A model generated the notes under the pieces. It was not told where the DNA came from. It saw nothing but the letters and a program-made list of their open reading frames with translations, and searched no databases. From an uncultured delta proteobacterium (lineage in GTDB: Bacteria > Desulfobacterota > Binatia > UBA9968): 64,000 nt of DNA. Made by a program: the position numbers and the translations under genes. How positions within the stretch are numbered: the stretch's first letter is position 1; each line of letters opens with the position of its first letter. Positions 10,949-23,605 of the stretch are shown one piece after another. The stretch covers positions 96,001 to 160,000 of the forward strand of contig CAVXEP010000016.1 of NCBI GenBank assembly GCA_963760795.1, given 5' to 3'.

Positions 10949-12472
10949 TTACATGCTCCGATCCAAACTCCGATACTGAATCGCCTCGGCGATGTGCGAC
11001 GATTCGATAATTTCTGCGCCGGCTAAATCGGCAATGGTTCGTCCGACTTTCAAGACTCGACTATAGGCGCGCGCGCTCAAGCCGAGTTTGTTGATCGCGG
11101 TTTCCAGTAACTTCTCGGCATCTTCTTTCACCGCGCAGTAGCGTTTGATCTCCTTGGCGCCCATCTGGGCGTTGCTGTGGAGCTTGGTTTTGTCGAAGCG
11201 CTGTAGTTGAATCTTGCGCGCGTCGTTGACGCGCTGGCGAATGACGTTCGACGATTCGCCGGCATCTTTGCTGGCGAGCTCCTGATAGCGCAGGCCGGGG
11301 ACTTCGACTTGGATGTCGATGCGGTCCAAGAGCGGGCCGGAGACTTTCGAGCGGTAGCGCTGGATTTGCAGCGGCGTACAAATGCATTCCTTCTGTGGGT
11401 CGGTGAAGAATCCACAGACGCAGGGGTTCATCGCCGCGACCAGCATGAAGCTTGCGGGATAGTTGATCGAACCCATGGCGCGCGACACGGTGATGCTACC
11501 GTCTTCCAAAGGCTGGCGCATGACTTCCAGGACATTCCGACGAAACTCCGGCAGTTCGTCGAGGAACAAGACGCCATTGTGGGCGAGCGAGACTTCACCC
11601 GGTCTCGGCACCGTGCCGCCGCCGACAAGGCCCGCATCGGAGATCGTGTGGTGCGGCGAGCGGAACGGCCGGGTGGCGATGATCGCTTGGCCGCCGAGGG
11701 TGCCCATGACGCTGTGGATCTTGGTAGTCTCCAGAGCCTCGGCCAATGTCAGATCGGGGAGAATGGTCGGCAGCCGTTTGGCCAGCATGGTTTTGCCTGA
11801 GCCGGGCGGACCCACCAGGATGACGTTGTGACCCCCGGCGGCGGCGACTTCCAGGGCGCGTTTGACATGTTGCTGACCTTTGACGTCGTTGAAGTCGGCG
11901 TTGTATTGAGAGTGCTGGCTGAACAGATCGTCGAGGTTGGCGCCGGTGGGGATGATGGTTCCGGTGCCATTCAAAAATTCGACCACCTGCGGCAAGTCGC
12001 GCACGCCCAGCACTTCGAGATCGCTTACCACAGCGGCTTCCGAGGCGTTTTGTTCGGGGAGTATCAGCCCGCGAAATTTTTCTTTTTTGGCGGCGATGGC
12101 GATCGACAGCGCGCCGCGCACCGGTTTGACGGTACCGTCGAGGGAAAGCTCGCCGATGAGAAAATATGAGTCGAGGAGAGTTTTATCTAAGGTGCCCTCG
12201 GCGGCGAGTATACCGATGGCCATCGGCAGGTCGTAGGCGGAGCCTTCTTTTTTGATGTCGGCAGGCGCGAGGTTGATGGTGATGCGCTTGGCGGGAAAGG
12301 TGTAGCCGCAATTTTTAACCGCGGCGCGGATGCGGTCCTTGCTTTCCTTGACCGCGCCTTCGGGTAAGCCGACAGTCGCTAGTTGCGGCAAGCCGGAGGC
12401 GAGATCGATCTCGACCTCGACGCGGAGTGCATCGATACCATAAAGAGCGGCGCTGTTGACCTTGGCGAGCAT
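10949..12472 (-). CDS. comM: YifB/ComM Mg-chelatase-like AAA+ ATPase
   Basis: [47 protein letters not shown]. Confidence 0.93.
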   Translation of the reverse strand: MLAKVNSAALYGIDALRVEVEIDLASGLPQLATVGLPEGAVKESKDRIRAAVKNCGYTFPAKRITINLAPADIKKEGSAYDLPMAIGILAAEGTLDKTLLDSYFLIGELSLDGTVKPVRGALSIAIAAKKEKFRGLILPEQNASEAAVVSDLEVLGVRDLPQVVEFLNGTGTIIPTGANLDDLFSQHSQYNADFNDVKGQQHVKRALEVAAAGGHNVILVGPPGSGKTMLAKRLPTILPDLTLAEALETTKIHSVMGTLGGQAIIATRPFRSPHHTISDAGLVGGGTVPRPGEVSLAHNGVLFLDELPEFRRNVLEVMRQPLEDGSITVSRAMGSINYPASFMLVAAMNPCVCGFFTDPQKECICTPLQIQRYRSKVSGPLLDRIDIQVEVPGLRYQELASKDAGESSNVIRQRVNDARKIQLQRFDKTKLHSNAQMGAKEIKRYCAVKEDAEKLLETAINKLGLSARAYSRVLKVGRTIADLAGAEIIESSHIAEAIQYRSLDRSM

Positions 12473-12602
12473 ATCCGGTTGTGAAGGTGCCGTACGCTAA
12501 CAAAGGCGGCTCTCGAGCACAAACGGATTGATAATTGATAATTGAGAATGGAAAATGACCGGATGGGCCATGCTAGCTGCGCTGCTGTTTTTGCCGAGTG
12601 CG

Positions 12603-12836
12603 CTAGAACTTGTCTTTCTTGAAGGACTTCAAGGATGACGGCCGGCCGCGCAGGACATCGTCGCCGGTGACCCGGTCGAAGACATGGACGCCGTGATTGT
12701 GTAGCAAGGTGGTCTGCGATACCGCTCGTTTGGCGCCGGCGCGGCACTTGTCGCACTTATTGAGCGGCTTTTCGGAGACCTTCTGGAGAGCTTCGAAGCG
12801 ATGGCCATTGGTGCATTCGTATTCGTAAAGCGGCAT
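12603..12836 (-). CDS. FmdB-family zinc-ribbon protein
   Basis: MPLYEYECTNGHRFE...CDKC pattern. Confidence 0.8.
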   Translation of the reverse strand: MPLYEYECTNGHRFEALQKVSEKPLNKCDKCRAGAKRAVSQTTLLHNHGVHVFDRVTGDDVLRGRPSSLKSFKKDKF

Positions 12837-12889
12837 GTTCTGTGTCTCTAGCTACCATATCGATGACAGTGGCTCAATCTTGGCTGTTC

Positions 12890-12918
12890 TTGCCGTGAAA
12901 AATATTTCTTGGTATAAG
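12890..12918 (+). promoter_or_regulatory. Putative sigma-70 promoter of guaBA
   Basis: TTGCCG-N17-TATAAG. Confidence 0.6.
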
Positions 12919-12956
12919 ACTTCATGTTTGCTTTGAAACAATCGGTGTGCGTCCTC

Positions 12957-12985
12957 AACCCAGGCCCAGGTCTGGGTTTTTTTTT
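12957..12985 (+). terminator. Intrinsic terminator in the guaB leader (attenuator candidate)
   Basis: AACCCAG...CTGGGTT stem followed by a T9 run, just upstream of the GGAGG RBS. Confidence 0.65.
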
Positions 12986-13003
12986 ACTTCGGCGCGGAGG
13001 TGA

Positions 13004-15999
<2,996 letters not shown>

Positions 16000-16070
16000 G
16001 TCACTCGACGGTTGCTTGCCGTTGGCGAATCGGCCGTCAAAAGTCCAGCTAACGCAGGAGTTGTGAACCG

Positions 16071-16853
16071 ATGTCGAATGAGAACAATGAGATCGTCGCG
16101 ATCGATGGTTGGGGCATTACCCCCGGATCGCCGGAGGTTGTGCGCTTTCTCGAGGGGCCGCAGCGCCGCTTAACCGAGGTGGCGCTGGCGGTGCGGATCT
16201 TTTGCGAGTTTATCCGCGGCTTTCGCGCGCTCCATTTTGCCGGCCCCTGCGTCACCGTGTTCGGCTCGGCGCGCTTTACCGAAGTCAATCCTTACTATCG
16301 CATGGCGCGCCAAGTGGGCGCCGGTCTGGCCACCGCGGGTTTCACGGTGATGACCGGCGGCGGCCCGGGGATCATGGAGGCGGCCAATCGCGGCGCCAAA
16401 GATGTTGGCGGCCGCTCCATCGGATGCAATATCGTTCTGCCTCAGGAGCAGGAGCATAATCCTTATCTCGACCACTGGGTTACCTTCCGTTATTTCTTCG
16501 TGCGCAAAGTCATGCTGGTGAAATACTCCTATGCGTTCATCGCCTTCCCTGGTGGTTTTGGCACCATGGATGAGATTTTTGAGACCGCGACCTTGATTCA
16601 GAACGCGAAGATTCGTGAGTTTCCGTTGGTTCTGATGGGCAAGGAGTTTTGGGCGCCGTTGGTCGAATTCATGTCCGAGCGGTTGGTTAAGGCGCGGACA
16701 ATCGACGCTATCGATCTTGAACGGATCACCGTCACCGATTCCGCCGACGAAGCGGTCAGTGTGATCACCGAGGTGGCCAAGCGCCGCTTCGGTTTGACCT
16801 ACGGCGCGCACATGAAACGGCACTGGATCTTTGGCGAGCGTGGGTCGGCGTAG
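16071..16853 (+). CDS. LOG-family (TIGR00730) nucleotide phosphoribohydrolase
   Basis: VFGSAR, TGGGPGIMEAANRGA, PGGFGTMDE. Confidence 0.9.
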   Translation: MSNENNEIVAIDGWGITPGSPEVVRFLEGPQRRLTEVALAVRIFCEFIRGFRALHFAGPCVTVFGSARFTEVNPYYRMARQVGAGLATAGFTVMTGGGPGIMEAANRGAKDVGGRSIGCNIVLPQEQEHNPYLDHWVTFRYFFVRKVMLVKYSYAFIAFPGGFGTMDEIFETATLIQNAKIREFPLVLMGKEFWAPLVEFMSERLVKARTIDAIDLERITVTDSADEAVSVITEVAKRRFGLTYGAHMKRHWIFGERGSA

Positions 16854-16889
16854 GGTGCACACGTCACGGACGATATCTACCGGCTCTAC

Positions 16890-17401
16890 AGCCGCACCGC
16901 AGTGAGGCGTACGCCCTCGGCCAACGCATCCCTCTGTTGGATCGCGGCCGCTTGATGAAACTCGGCAGCCGGGAGGATGTTTTTCAACAGTCCGGCAAAC
17001 GATCTGGTGGCCGCAATAGTCGGCTGCGAAAATCGCCTCACGGCAATCGTCGAAGCGTCGGATGGAAAATCCACTAGAGTTGTGATCGGTGCGCTAGCGA
17101 TACCGGTATCGGGGAATTTTTCTGTGGGATCGCGGGAAATCTCTGTATCCGCGCCAACGCTGTGCGCGTCATGCCGGCTGTGCCAGGCCGGGAGAGCCCC
17201 TTTCGATTTGACGGAAAGATCCGGGAGATCTTCAGCGCCCGCGAACATCACCGCATGGTTATCGATTGCCCCGGGTTTGAGCTGGTCGGCTCGGTAGAAT
17301 GGGCGCCCGGTCAGTTCTGCGGTCTGAGTGAGCCAATCGCGATGACGGTTTCGTTAGAACTCAGCGCGATTCATGTCATCTTAGCTGACAGCTCTCTTTG
17401 A
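16890..17401 (+). pseudogene. 3' remnant of a molybdate/tungstate-type ABC ATPase with TOBE-like tail
   Basis: Fragments EAYALGQRIPLLDRGRLMKLG, FNSPANDLVAAIVGCENRL and RFDGKIREI...AIHVI lie in three frames; no Walker A region or start. Confidence 0.55.
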
Positions 17402-17651
17402 TACCGCGTTGCGGGTTGAGCACTGCCAACCCGCCATTGTCTTCAGCGAGCTTGCAGGCGTAGGCGACCGCGGCGCGGAGATCGTCGCTCTCCAGATCGG
17501 GGTAGTGTTCGAGGACTTCTTCAGGAGCAAGGCCTTGGCACAGCGCGTCGAGAATGATCGCGATATGTATTCGAGTCCCGTAAATGTAAGGACGGCCAGA
17601 GCAGATTCTGGGATCGACTCGCACGCGGGAGATCAACTGTTTATCGGTCAT
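17376..17651 (-). CDS. DUF433 protein (antitoxin-like)
   Basis: VDPRICSGRPYIYGTRI...EEVLEHYPDLESDDLRAAVAYA. Confidence 0.85.
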   Translation of the reverse strand: MTDKQLISRVRVDPRICSGRPYIYGTRIHIAIILDALCQGLAPEEVLEHYPDLESDDLRAAVAYACKLAEDNGGLAVLNPQRGIKESCQLR

Positions 17652-17908
17652 GTTTAACGCACAAGTTCTGGTCGTGGATGGTTCGAATATCATAATCATA
17701 CAACGCTTGGATAGTTTAGGGCAAGAACCAAACAATTAGCCGAGAAATTATTTTGCTTTCAAGAATACCGGAGGTCACATCAGGGACCGTCCTTTCCGCC
17801 AAATCGGTCTTCCCGGAGATGAAGTAAGAAAAGAGTCGCAAAATTATCAACATCTGTGCCAGGATCTTTTGAGCATAAAGGGCAAAATGCTCCGAAGACG
17901 GTGACGTT

Positions 17909-17936
17909 GTAGGGGCGTTTTATCAATCGCCGCTAC
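17909..17936. repeat. Degenerate REP (GTAGGGGCG...CGCCxCTAC family)
   Basis: GTAGGGGCGTTTTATCAATCGCCGCTAC resembles the palindromes around the RAYT gene. Confidence 0.6.
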
Positions 17937-17939
17937 TTG

Positions 17940-18047
17940 CAGATGCCGGATGATCTGCCGGGCACGCTGGTTTTTCTCTGGTCATCCGAAAGTGACTTCA
18001 TGATTGGATAGGCGATTGTGGTGGATGGGGGAAGGGTATTTCACTGA
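17940..18047 (+). pseudogene. C-terminal remnant of an SDR gene
   Basis: QMPDDLPGTLVFLWSSESDFMIG*AIVVDGGRVFH is an SDR tail with an in-frame TAG; starts directly after the REP. Confidence 0.65.
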
Positions 18048-18151
18048 GATAAATTCCGGAAGCGTCGGATAGGCATACCGTGCATCGGCCGCCGTATCCG
18101 CTCTTTCGTTTTCTGGTGGACGCGGCGGCTTTCGTTGGCTATATTTCGCCT

Positions 18152-18775
18152 ATGGCTGAACACGATCACGATCACGATGAGGGTTCCAATCTTTCCGAGA
18201 TGGAGCTGCGGGTGCGCGCGCTGGAAACGATTCTCGTCGATAAGGGATATATCGAACCCACGGCGCTCGATCGCATCGTCGAGCTTTACGAAACCAAAAT
18301 CGGTCCGCATATCGGCGCTCAGGTAATCGCCAGGGCGTGGAGCGATCCTACCTTTCGCCAGTCGCTCCTAGAGGACGCGAGCAAGGCGGTCAATGCGTTT
18401 GCCCAAGCGGGACACGTGGGCGAGCACCTGGTGGCGATCGAGAACACACCGCAGCTGCACAATATGATCGTGTGCACGTTATGTTCCTGTTATCCCACCG
18501 ACGTTCTCGGCCTGCCGCCGATGTGGTACAAGTCCTTCGCCTACCGCTCGCGCGTCGTGAAGGATCCCCGCGCGGTGCTGGCGGATTTCGGCGTCGCGCT
18601 GCCGGTTGAGACGGAGATCCGGGTTTGGGATTCGACGGCCGAGACCCGCTATTTGGTTGTGCCCATGCGTCCGGCCGGAACCGAAGGCTGGAGCGAGGCG
18701 CAGCTTGCCAAGTTGGTTACGCGCGACAGCATGGTCGGCACCGGTCTGCCAAAAAACCCAAGTGAGGTGACGTGA
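18152..18775 (+). CDS. nthA: Cobalt-type nitrile hydratase alpha subunit
   Basis: VCTLCSCY metal motif (T/Y = Co-type), WYKSFAYRSR, His-rich N-terminus. Confidence 0.95.
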   Translation: MAEHDHDHDEGSNLSEMELRVRALETILVDKGYIEPTALDRIVELYETKIGPHIGAQVIARAWSDPTFRQSLLEDASKAVNAFAQAGHVGEHLVAIENTPQLHNMIVCTLCSCYPTDVLGLPPMWYKSFAYRSRVVKDPRAVLADFGVALPVETEIRVWDSTAETRYLVVPMRPAGTEGWSEAQLAKLVTRDSMVGTGLPKNPSEVT

Positions 18776-19434
18776 TGGACGGCGTCCACGACATGGGCGG
18801 CATGGACGGTTTCGGTAAGGTCGAGCCCGAGCCCAACGAGCCGGTTTTTCATCATCGCTGGGAGGGACGGGTGCTGGCGATGAGCCGCGCGATTGGCGTC
18901 TTCCGCGCTTGGACCATCGATACCAGCAGGCATGCCATTGAGTTGATGGCGCCGTCGTTCTATTTGAACCGCCCCTACTACGAGAAATGGTTTGTGCGTA
19001 ATCAAAACTTGCTCATCGAGCGCGGTTTGATCGACGCCGACGAAGTTGCCGCCGGTCGGGCCTTGCGTCCCGCGAAAAATGTGAAGCGCGGGCCATTCAC
19101 ACTGGACGATGTGGATAAGGTCACCAAGCGCGGCTCGTTTTACCGGCCGGCCCAAGGACCGGCTCGATTCAAAATCGGCGACCGCGTGCGCACGAAGAAC
19201 ATTCACCCGCAGACGCATACGCGTCTGCCACGCTACGCGCGCGGCCACGTCGGCGTAGTCGAGCGCTTGCATGGCACTCACGCCTTTCCCGATTCGGTAG
19301 CCGCCGGTAAAGGCGACGATCCGCAGTGGCTTTACACCGTGCGCTTCGATGCTCAAGAGCTTTGGGGCGCCGACGCGGAGCCGAAGTTGAAAGTCTCCAT
19401 CGAAGCCTTTGAACCTTACCTCGAGCATGTCTGA
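18775..19434 (+). CDS. nthB: Nitrile hydratase beta subunit
   Basis: MDGVHDMGGMDGFG, HTRLPRYARG, LYTVRF...ELWG. Confidence 0.95.
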   Translation: MDGVHDMGGMDGFGKVEPEPNEPVFHHRWEGRVLAMSRAIGVFRAWTIDTSRHAIELMAPSFYLNRPYYEKWFVRNQNLLIERGLIDADEVAAGRALRPAKNVKRGPFTLDDVDKVTKRGSFYRPAQGPARFKIGDRVRTKNIHPQTHTRLPRYARGHVGVVERLHGTHAFPDSVAAGKGDDPQWLYTVRFDAQELWGADAEPKLKVSIEAFEPYLEHV

Positions 19435-19823
19435 ATCATTGATCGAACCTGAACCCGCCCGGCGCGCCGCGGAAGCCGTTCCAGGCATCCCGCGTGACGC
19501 ATCCGGACCAGTCTTCCGCGCGCCCTGGGAGGCCCATGCTTTTGCCATGGCGCTGGCGCTGCACGAAAAGGGTCTATTCGCCTGGCCTGAGTGGTCCGCG
19601 ATGCTTGGCGAGGAGATCAAAAGAGCGCAGGCCGCCGGCGATCCCGACACCGGCGAAACGTACTACCGCCATTGGCTAGCAACGCTCGAACGCATGGTTG
19701 CAGCAAAAGGCGCAACCTCGGCGCAAGCACTTGAGCAGCATTACCAAGCCTGGGAGCGCGCGACGCAGCGCACGCCTCACGGCAAACCGATTGAACTTAG
19801 GCGCGGAAGACTTTCGCAGTTGA
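19427..19823 (+). CDS. Nitrile hydratase accessory (activator/metallochaperone) protein
   Basis: PVFRAPWEAHAFAMA...YYRHWLATLE...RTPHGKPIEL. The likely true end (RAEDFRS*) requires removing one base near 19800; as given the ORF runs to 19951. Confidence 0.85.
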
Positions 19824-20048
19824 GGGGCTGGACCAACGCGGTATTGCCGCAGGTAATTGAACAAAGGCAGGAGATCATCATTATCTCGCCGTCCACTCTC
19901 GCATTAAATGACAATTCATTGATTCGCAAGATAATCTTATCGCGCGGTTAATGCATGGCAAGAGCCTAGGGGTGGGTATTGACCGAGCCTCCGGCTCGTC
20001 TCGCTCAAGGCGTTGCTATGGGCGAGACGAGCGGGCGTTTTAGACTGG

Positions 20049-21131
20049 CTACTGAATCGGCGTCGGCACCGGAATGTTATACAACTTCGCGACGTTTTCA
20101 CGCACCAGCTTGGCGCGTACCCCTGCGGGCAGGGTACCCAGGTCGCGGGCGATGACCTCGCGCGACTTGGGCCAGGTCGAGTTGCCGTGAGGGAAGTCGT
20201 TGGACCACATGCAGTTGTCCTGACCCCACCAGGTCAGCGTGTGGCCGCCGACGGCGTCGTTGAAGAATGTCGTGTAGATTTGTCCGTGGAAGTATTCGCT
20301 CGGCAGCTTCTTGATCGCTAGGCCTGCGCGATTGGCGCCGTGGCGTTTGAAGTAGTAGTCCCACTGCTCCAAGACGAACGGAATCCAGCCGAGCTCGTTT
20401 TCGACCAGGACTATTTTTAGTTTAGGAAAGCGTTCCAACACACCGGAATAGATCAGGTCGTAAAGGCTATCGACCGACTGGAACAGTTTCATATTGACGC
20501 TATTGTGCTCGGCGGTCATGCCGGTGGGCGTGTCTCCCTGGCCGAAGGAACGGCTGCGGCTGTAGCCATGGCCGCTCAAGATATGCAGGTTGACCGGCAT
20601 GTTGAGATCCTGAGACGCGGCCCAAAACTTGTCGTAGTGCGGCGAAGAGAACGGCAGTTCGGGCGGCGGCACCTGCCAGATCACGGTGCCGCGCATCCCG
20701 GCCGCGCGGCAGCGCTCCATCTCTTTCACCGCGCCGTCAATGTCGTACATCGACAGCATGGCGATGCCGATGAGCCGGTCAGGCGCGGCGCTGCAATAGT
20801 CGATCAACCAATCGTTGTAGACTCGTGCGCAGGCAGCCTCCAACTCGTGATCCTCGAGGCTCAAACACTTCAAGCCGTGGGTGGCGTAGAGTACCTCAGC
20901 GCTGACGCCGTCAGCGGCCATTTCGGCGACCCGTTTGTTCTTGTCCTGGGCGCCGCCCGGTGTGTCGTTGGGACGCTGGCCGCCGAAGTCAGGAGCCCGG
21001 TCCTTGAATTGTTTCGGCAGTTCTCGTTGCCACAGCCCCGCCGGTTCGATGACGTGGGAGTCCGACGAGATCAAGACTTCGTTGATGGTGACGTTGTTAT
21101 CTTTGCCGTAGGTTCTTTCGAGTATACCCAT
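20049..21131 (-). CDS. Amidohydrolase_2 family protein
   Basis: SSDSHVIEP, NLH, ERFPKLKIVLVE, WSNDFPH. Confidence 0.88.
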   Translation of the reverse strand: MGILERTYGKDNNVTINEVLISSDSHVIEPAGLWQRELPKQFKDRAPDFGGQRPNDTPGGAQDKNKRVAEMAADGVSAEVLYATHGLKCLSLEDHELEAACARVYNDWLIDYCSAAPDRLIGIAMLSMYDIDGAVKEMERCRAAGMRGTVIWQVPPPELPFSSPHYDKFWAASQDLNMPVNLHILSGHGYSRSRSFGQGDTPTGMTAEHNSVNMKLFQSVDSLYDLIYSGVLERFPKLKIVLVENELGWIPFVLEQWDYYFKRHGANRAGLAIKKLPSEYFHGQIYTTFFNDAVGGHTLTWWGQDNCMWSNDFPHGNSTWPKSREVIARDLGTLPAGVRAKLVRENVAKLYNIPVPTPIQ

Positions 21132-21367
21132 AGGTTTTTGCTCCTTTTCTTCTCTATTCAAATAACTCAGGCGCAGGGTAGGGTGCAAGAGGGGCTGTAC
21201 TGTATGGAGAATGGAAAATTGAGAAATAGAGCATTAGCAGAGCGTCGAGGACAGTCTTTTTGTTTTGCAACGGCTTCGAAACGTTGTTTAGGCGATTCTC
21301 AGTGTGCTAGGACGCGAGTAGACAAATCGGAGTTACATTCTGACCTGGCGTTGGGTGCGACCATTGG

Positions 21368-21394
21368 GTAAGGCGATTCGTGAATCGCCCCTAC
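21368..21394. repeat. REP palindrome 5' of RAYT
   Basis: GTAAGGCGATTCGTGAATCGCCCCTAC. Confidence 0.8.
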
Positions 21395-21440
21395 AGAATT
21401 CCCGATTTGGACCAAGGCAACGTGGAGGATCTGTGAAAGC

Positions 21441-22014
21441 AATGGCGACGGAGTCAAATGGCAGCGGCATACATAAACGTAGGTCGATTCGTTTGCAAGG
21501 ATATGATTATTCTCAGGCGGGGGCCTATTACTTTACGGTCTGCACAAGGGATCGTAAATGTTTGTTTGGTGAGGTAGTGGATGGGCAAATACATGTGAAC
21601 CGAACGAGACAGATCATTCAGACAGTGTGGGATAATTTGCCGCAATTTTATGAAGGCATCGAACTGGATGCATTCGTGATCATGCCCAATCACGTGCATG
21701 GGGTTGTCTTGATTGGTGAACCCGTAGGGGCGATTCATGAATCGCCCCTACCACCTATGCCCATTGCAGAACGCCGGCGGATGCTGTTATCGAAGATTCT
21801 CGGCCGATTCAAAATGGTTACGGCAAAACAGATCAATGCATTACGCGGATCGTCAGGCCAGCCTCTGTGGCAACGTAATTACTACGAACATGTCATCCGT
21901 GACGACCAATCCCTGAAGCGCATTCGACAATACATCGCCGACAACCCGGCACAGTGGAAATTCGATTTTGAAAACCCGTACGTTTCAGCGTCGGAAAGTA
22001 GGGCCGATTCATGA
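21441..22014 (+). mobile_element. REP-associated tyrosine (Y1/HUH) transposase, RAYT/IS200-like
   Basis: RRSIRLQGYDYS, YYFTVCT, MPNHVHG (HUH), WQRNYYEHVIRD...YIADNP; lower GC than neighbours. Confidence 0.9.
21724..21751. repeat. Perfect REP palindrome inside the RAYT coding sequence
   Basis: GTAGGGGCGATTCATGAATCGCCCCTAC, translated in frame as VGAIHESPL. Confidence 0.85.
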
Positions 22015-22023
22015 ATCGCCCGT
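21998..22023. repeat. REP palindrome at the 3' end of RAYT
   Basis: GTAGGGCCGATTCATGAATCGCCCGT; contains the stop codon. Confidence 0.8.
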
Positions 22024-22044
22024 CCGTTGGTCGGAATCAATTCC

Positions 22045-23491
22045 ATGCCTAAGAGTCTAAGAACCTTCCTTGACGACATGCGTCGAGCCTATCCGAGCGA
22101 GGTCGTGTCCGTATTCCAAGACCGTCAATCCGCTCACCTACGACATTACCGCCATCGTCAAGCAGCTTGGCGCACTGAAGAAATTCCCTGTGCTGATCTT
22201 CGAACACCCGCTCAATACTCATGGCAAGCCGACCGATATGAAGGTGGTCATGAGCGCGGAGAATTCGCAGAAGAAAATTCAGGTCGCATTGGGTTTGCCT
22301 GCGGAGATGAATCGCGCTGAGATGGCACGCGAGTGTTTGCGCCGGGAGGCGGGCAAGATCGGGCCGGTGATTGTCAGTAAAGATGCGGCGCCGGTGAAGG
22401 AGATTATTCAGACCGGCGAGCAAGTCGATCTCTACGAACTTCCGTTGCTCAAGCACCACGAGATGGATGGCGGGCCTTATCTCGACATGTCGAGCGTCGC
22501 GAATGACCGCAACAGCGGCGTCTACAACTGCTCCTATCACCGCATGGAAGTGAAGGATCGCAACCACACCGGCTTCTTGATGACGCTGCAGCATATGTGG
22601 CGGATTTTTCGCGGTTACGAAGAGGCTGGCGAGGAATGTCCGGTGGCGACCGTCATCGGCCATCATCCGGCCTATCAAATGGGCGCTTGCTACGGTGGGC
22701 CGTTCGACATCAGCGAGTACGACATCATCGGCGGTTACATGCAGGAGCCTCTGCGCTTGACGCCGTCGGAAACTTGGGGTGAACGACTGCTGGTACCGGC
22801 CGACGCTGAGATCGTCATCGAAGGGGCGCTGCTTCCCGGTAAGCGCATGGTCGAAGGACCGTTCGGCGAAGTGAATGGTTATCTCGGCGTGCAAGGCTAC
22901 CAGCAATCGGCACATTACGAAGTGCGCGCGATCACCCGGAGGCGCGGTGCGCTGCACACTTCGATCCTTACGCCCGAAGGGGACAAACCGTGGATGGATC
23001 TGGCGCGCGAGGGCGCTTACCTGCGCCGCGCTAGCGAAGCGGTGCCGAGCGTGCTGGCGGTCTGCACCAGCGGCAGGCATGCGCTGCTCAACGTTTTTAT
23101 TTCAATGAAAAAAATGTCCGAGGGCGATCCCGGCCGCGCCGCGGCGGCGGTGTTGACCTGGGACTGGTGCAAGAATGTCTTCGTCTTCGATGAAGACATC
23201 AACGTCTACGATCCCACGGAGATCCTCTGGGCGATCGCGACTAGAGTGCAGCCGCACCTGCAAGTGTCGATCATCAAGGAGATCATGCGTGGCAGCTTGA
23301 TCGACCCGTCCATGGTCGATGCGCGGAAGACTTCCGCGATGATCGTCGATGCCACCAAACCCTTGGACAGACCGTTCTCACCTGTGTCGAAATGCCCCGA
23401 CGACGCCATGGCGCGAATTCGCATTGAAGACTTTGTGCCGGGCGAAGTCCTGCAGCATATTCCCATCGACCGGACGACTTATTGGGCTTGA
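22045..23491 (+). CDS. UbiD-family prFMN-dependent (de)carboxylase 1 (frameshift ~22110)
   Basis: MPKSLRTFLDD start, DGGPY, YNCSYHR, EGPFGE, DEDINVYD...WAIATR, DATKP. Confidence 0.88.
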
Positions 23492-23497
23492 TAATTC

Positions 23498-23588
23498 GTT
23501 CAAGGTTCAAGGGTTCAAAAGTCCAAGGCCGGATCGCCGAAGCTAGCGTGAACTTCCGATTGAACCTTGAACTTTTGAACCGTTGAAC
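23498..23588. repeat. Inverted array of GTTCAA(G)/TTGAAC short units
   Basis: GTTCAAGGTTCAAGGGTTCAA...TTGAACCTTGAACTTTTGAACCGTTGAAC; related copy at 34617-34703. Confidence 0.7.
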
Positions 23589-23605
23589 GAATAGTATTCT
23601 GAATT

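Noticed and set aside
17846-17862. Minus-strand sigma-54-like site CTGGCACAGATGTTGAT
   Set aside because: The -12 element is GA, no enhancer motif is nearby and the region is decayed.
20505-21371. Long alternative-frame or antisense ORFs (this one, 18649-19650, 22049-23080, 57846-58838, 60509-61465 and similar)
   Set aside because: They overlap well-supported genes and have no motifs; typical high-GC shadow ORFs.
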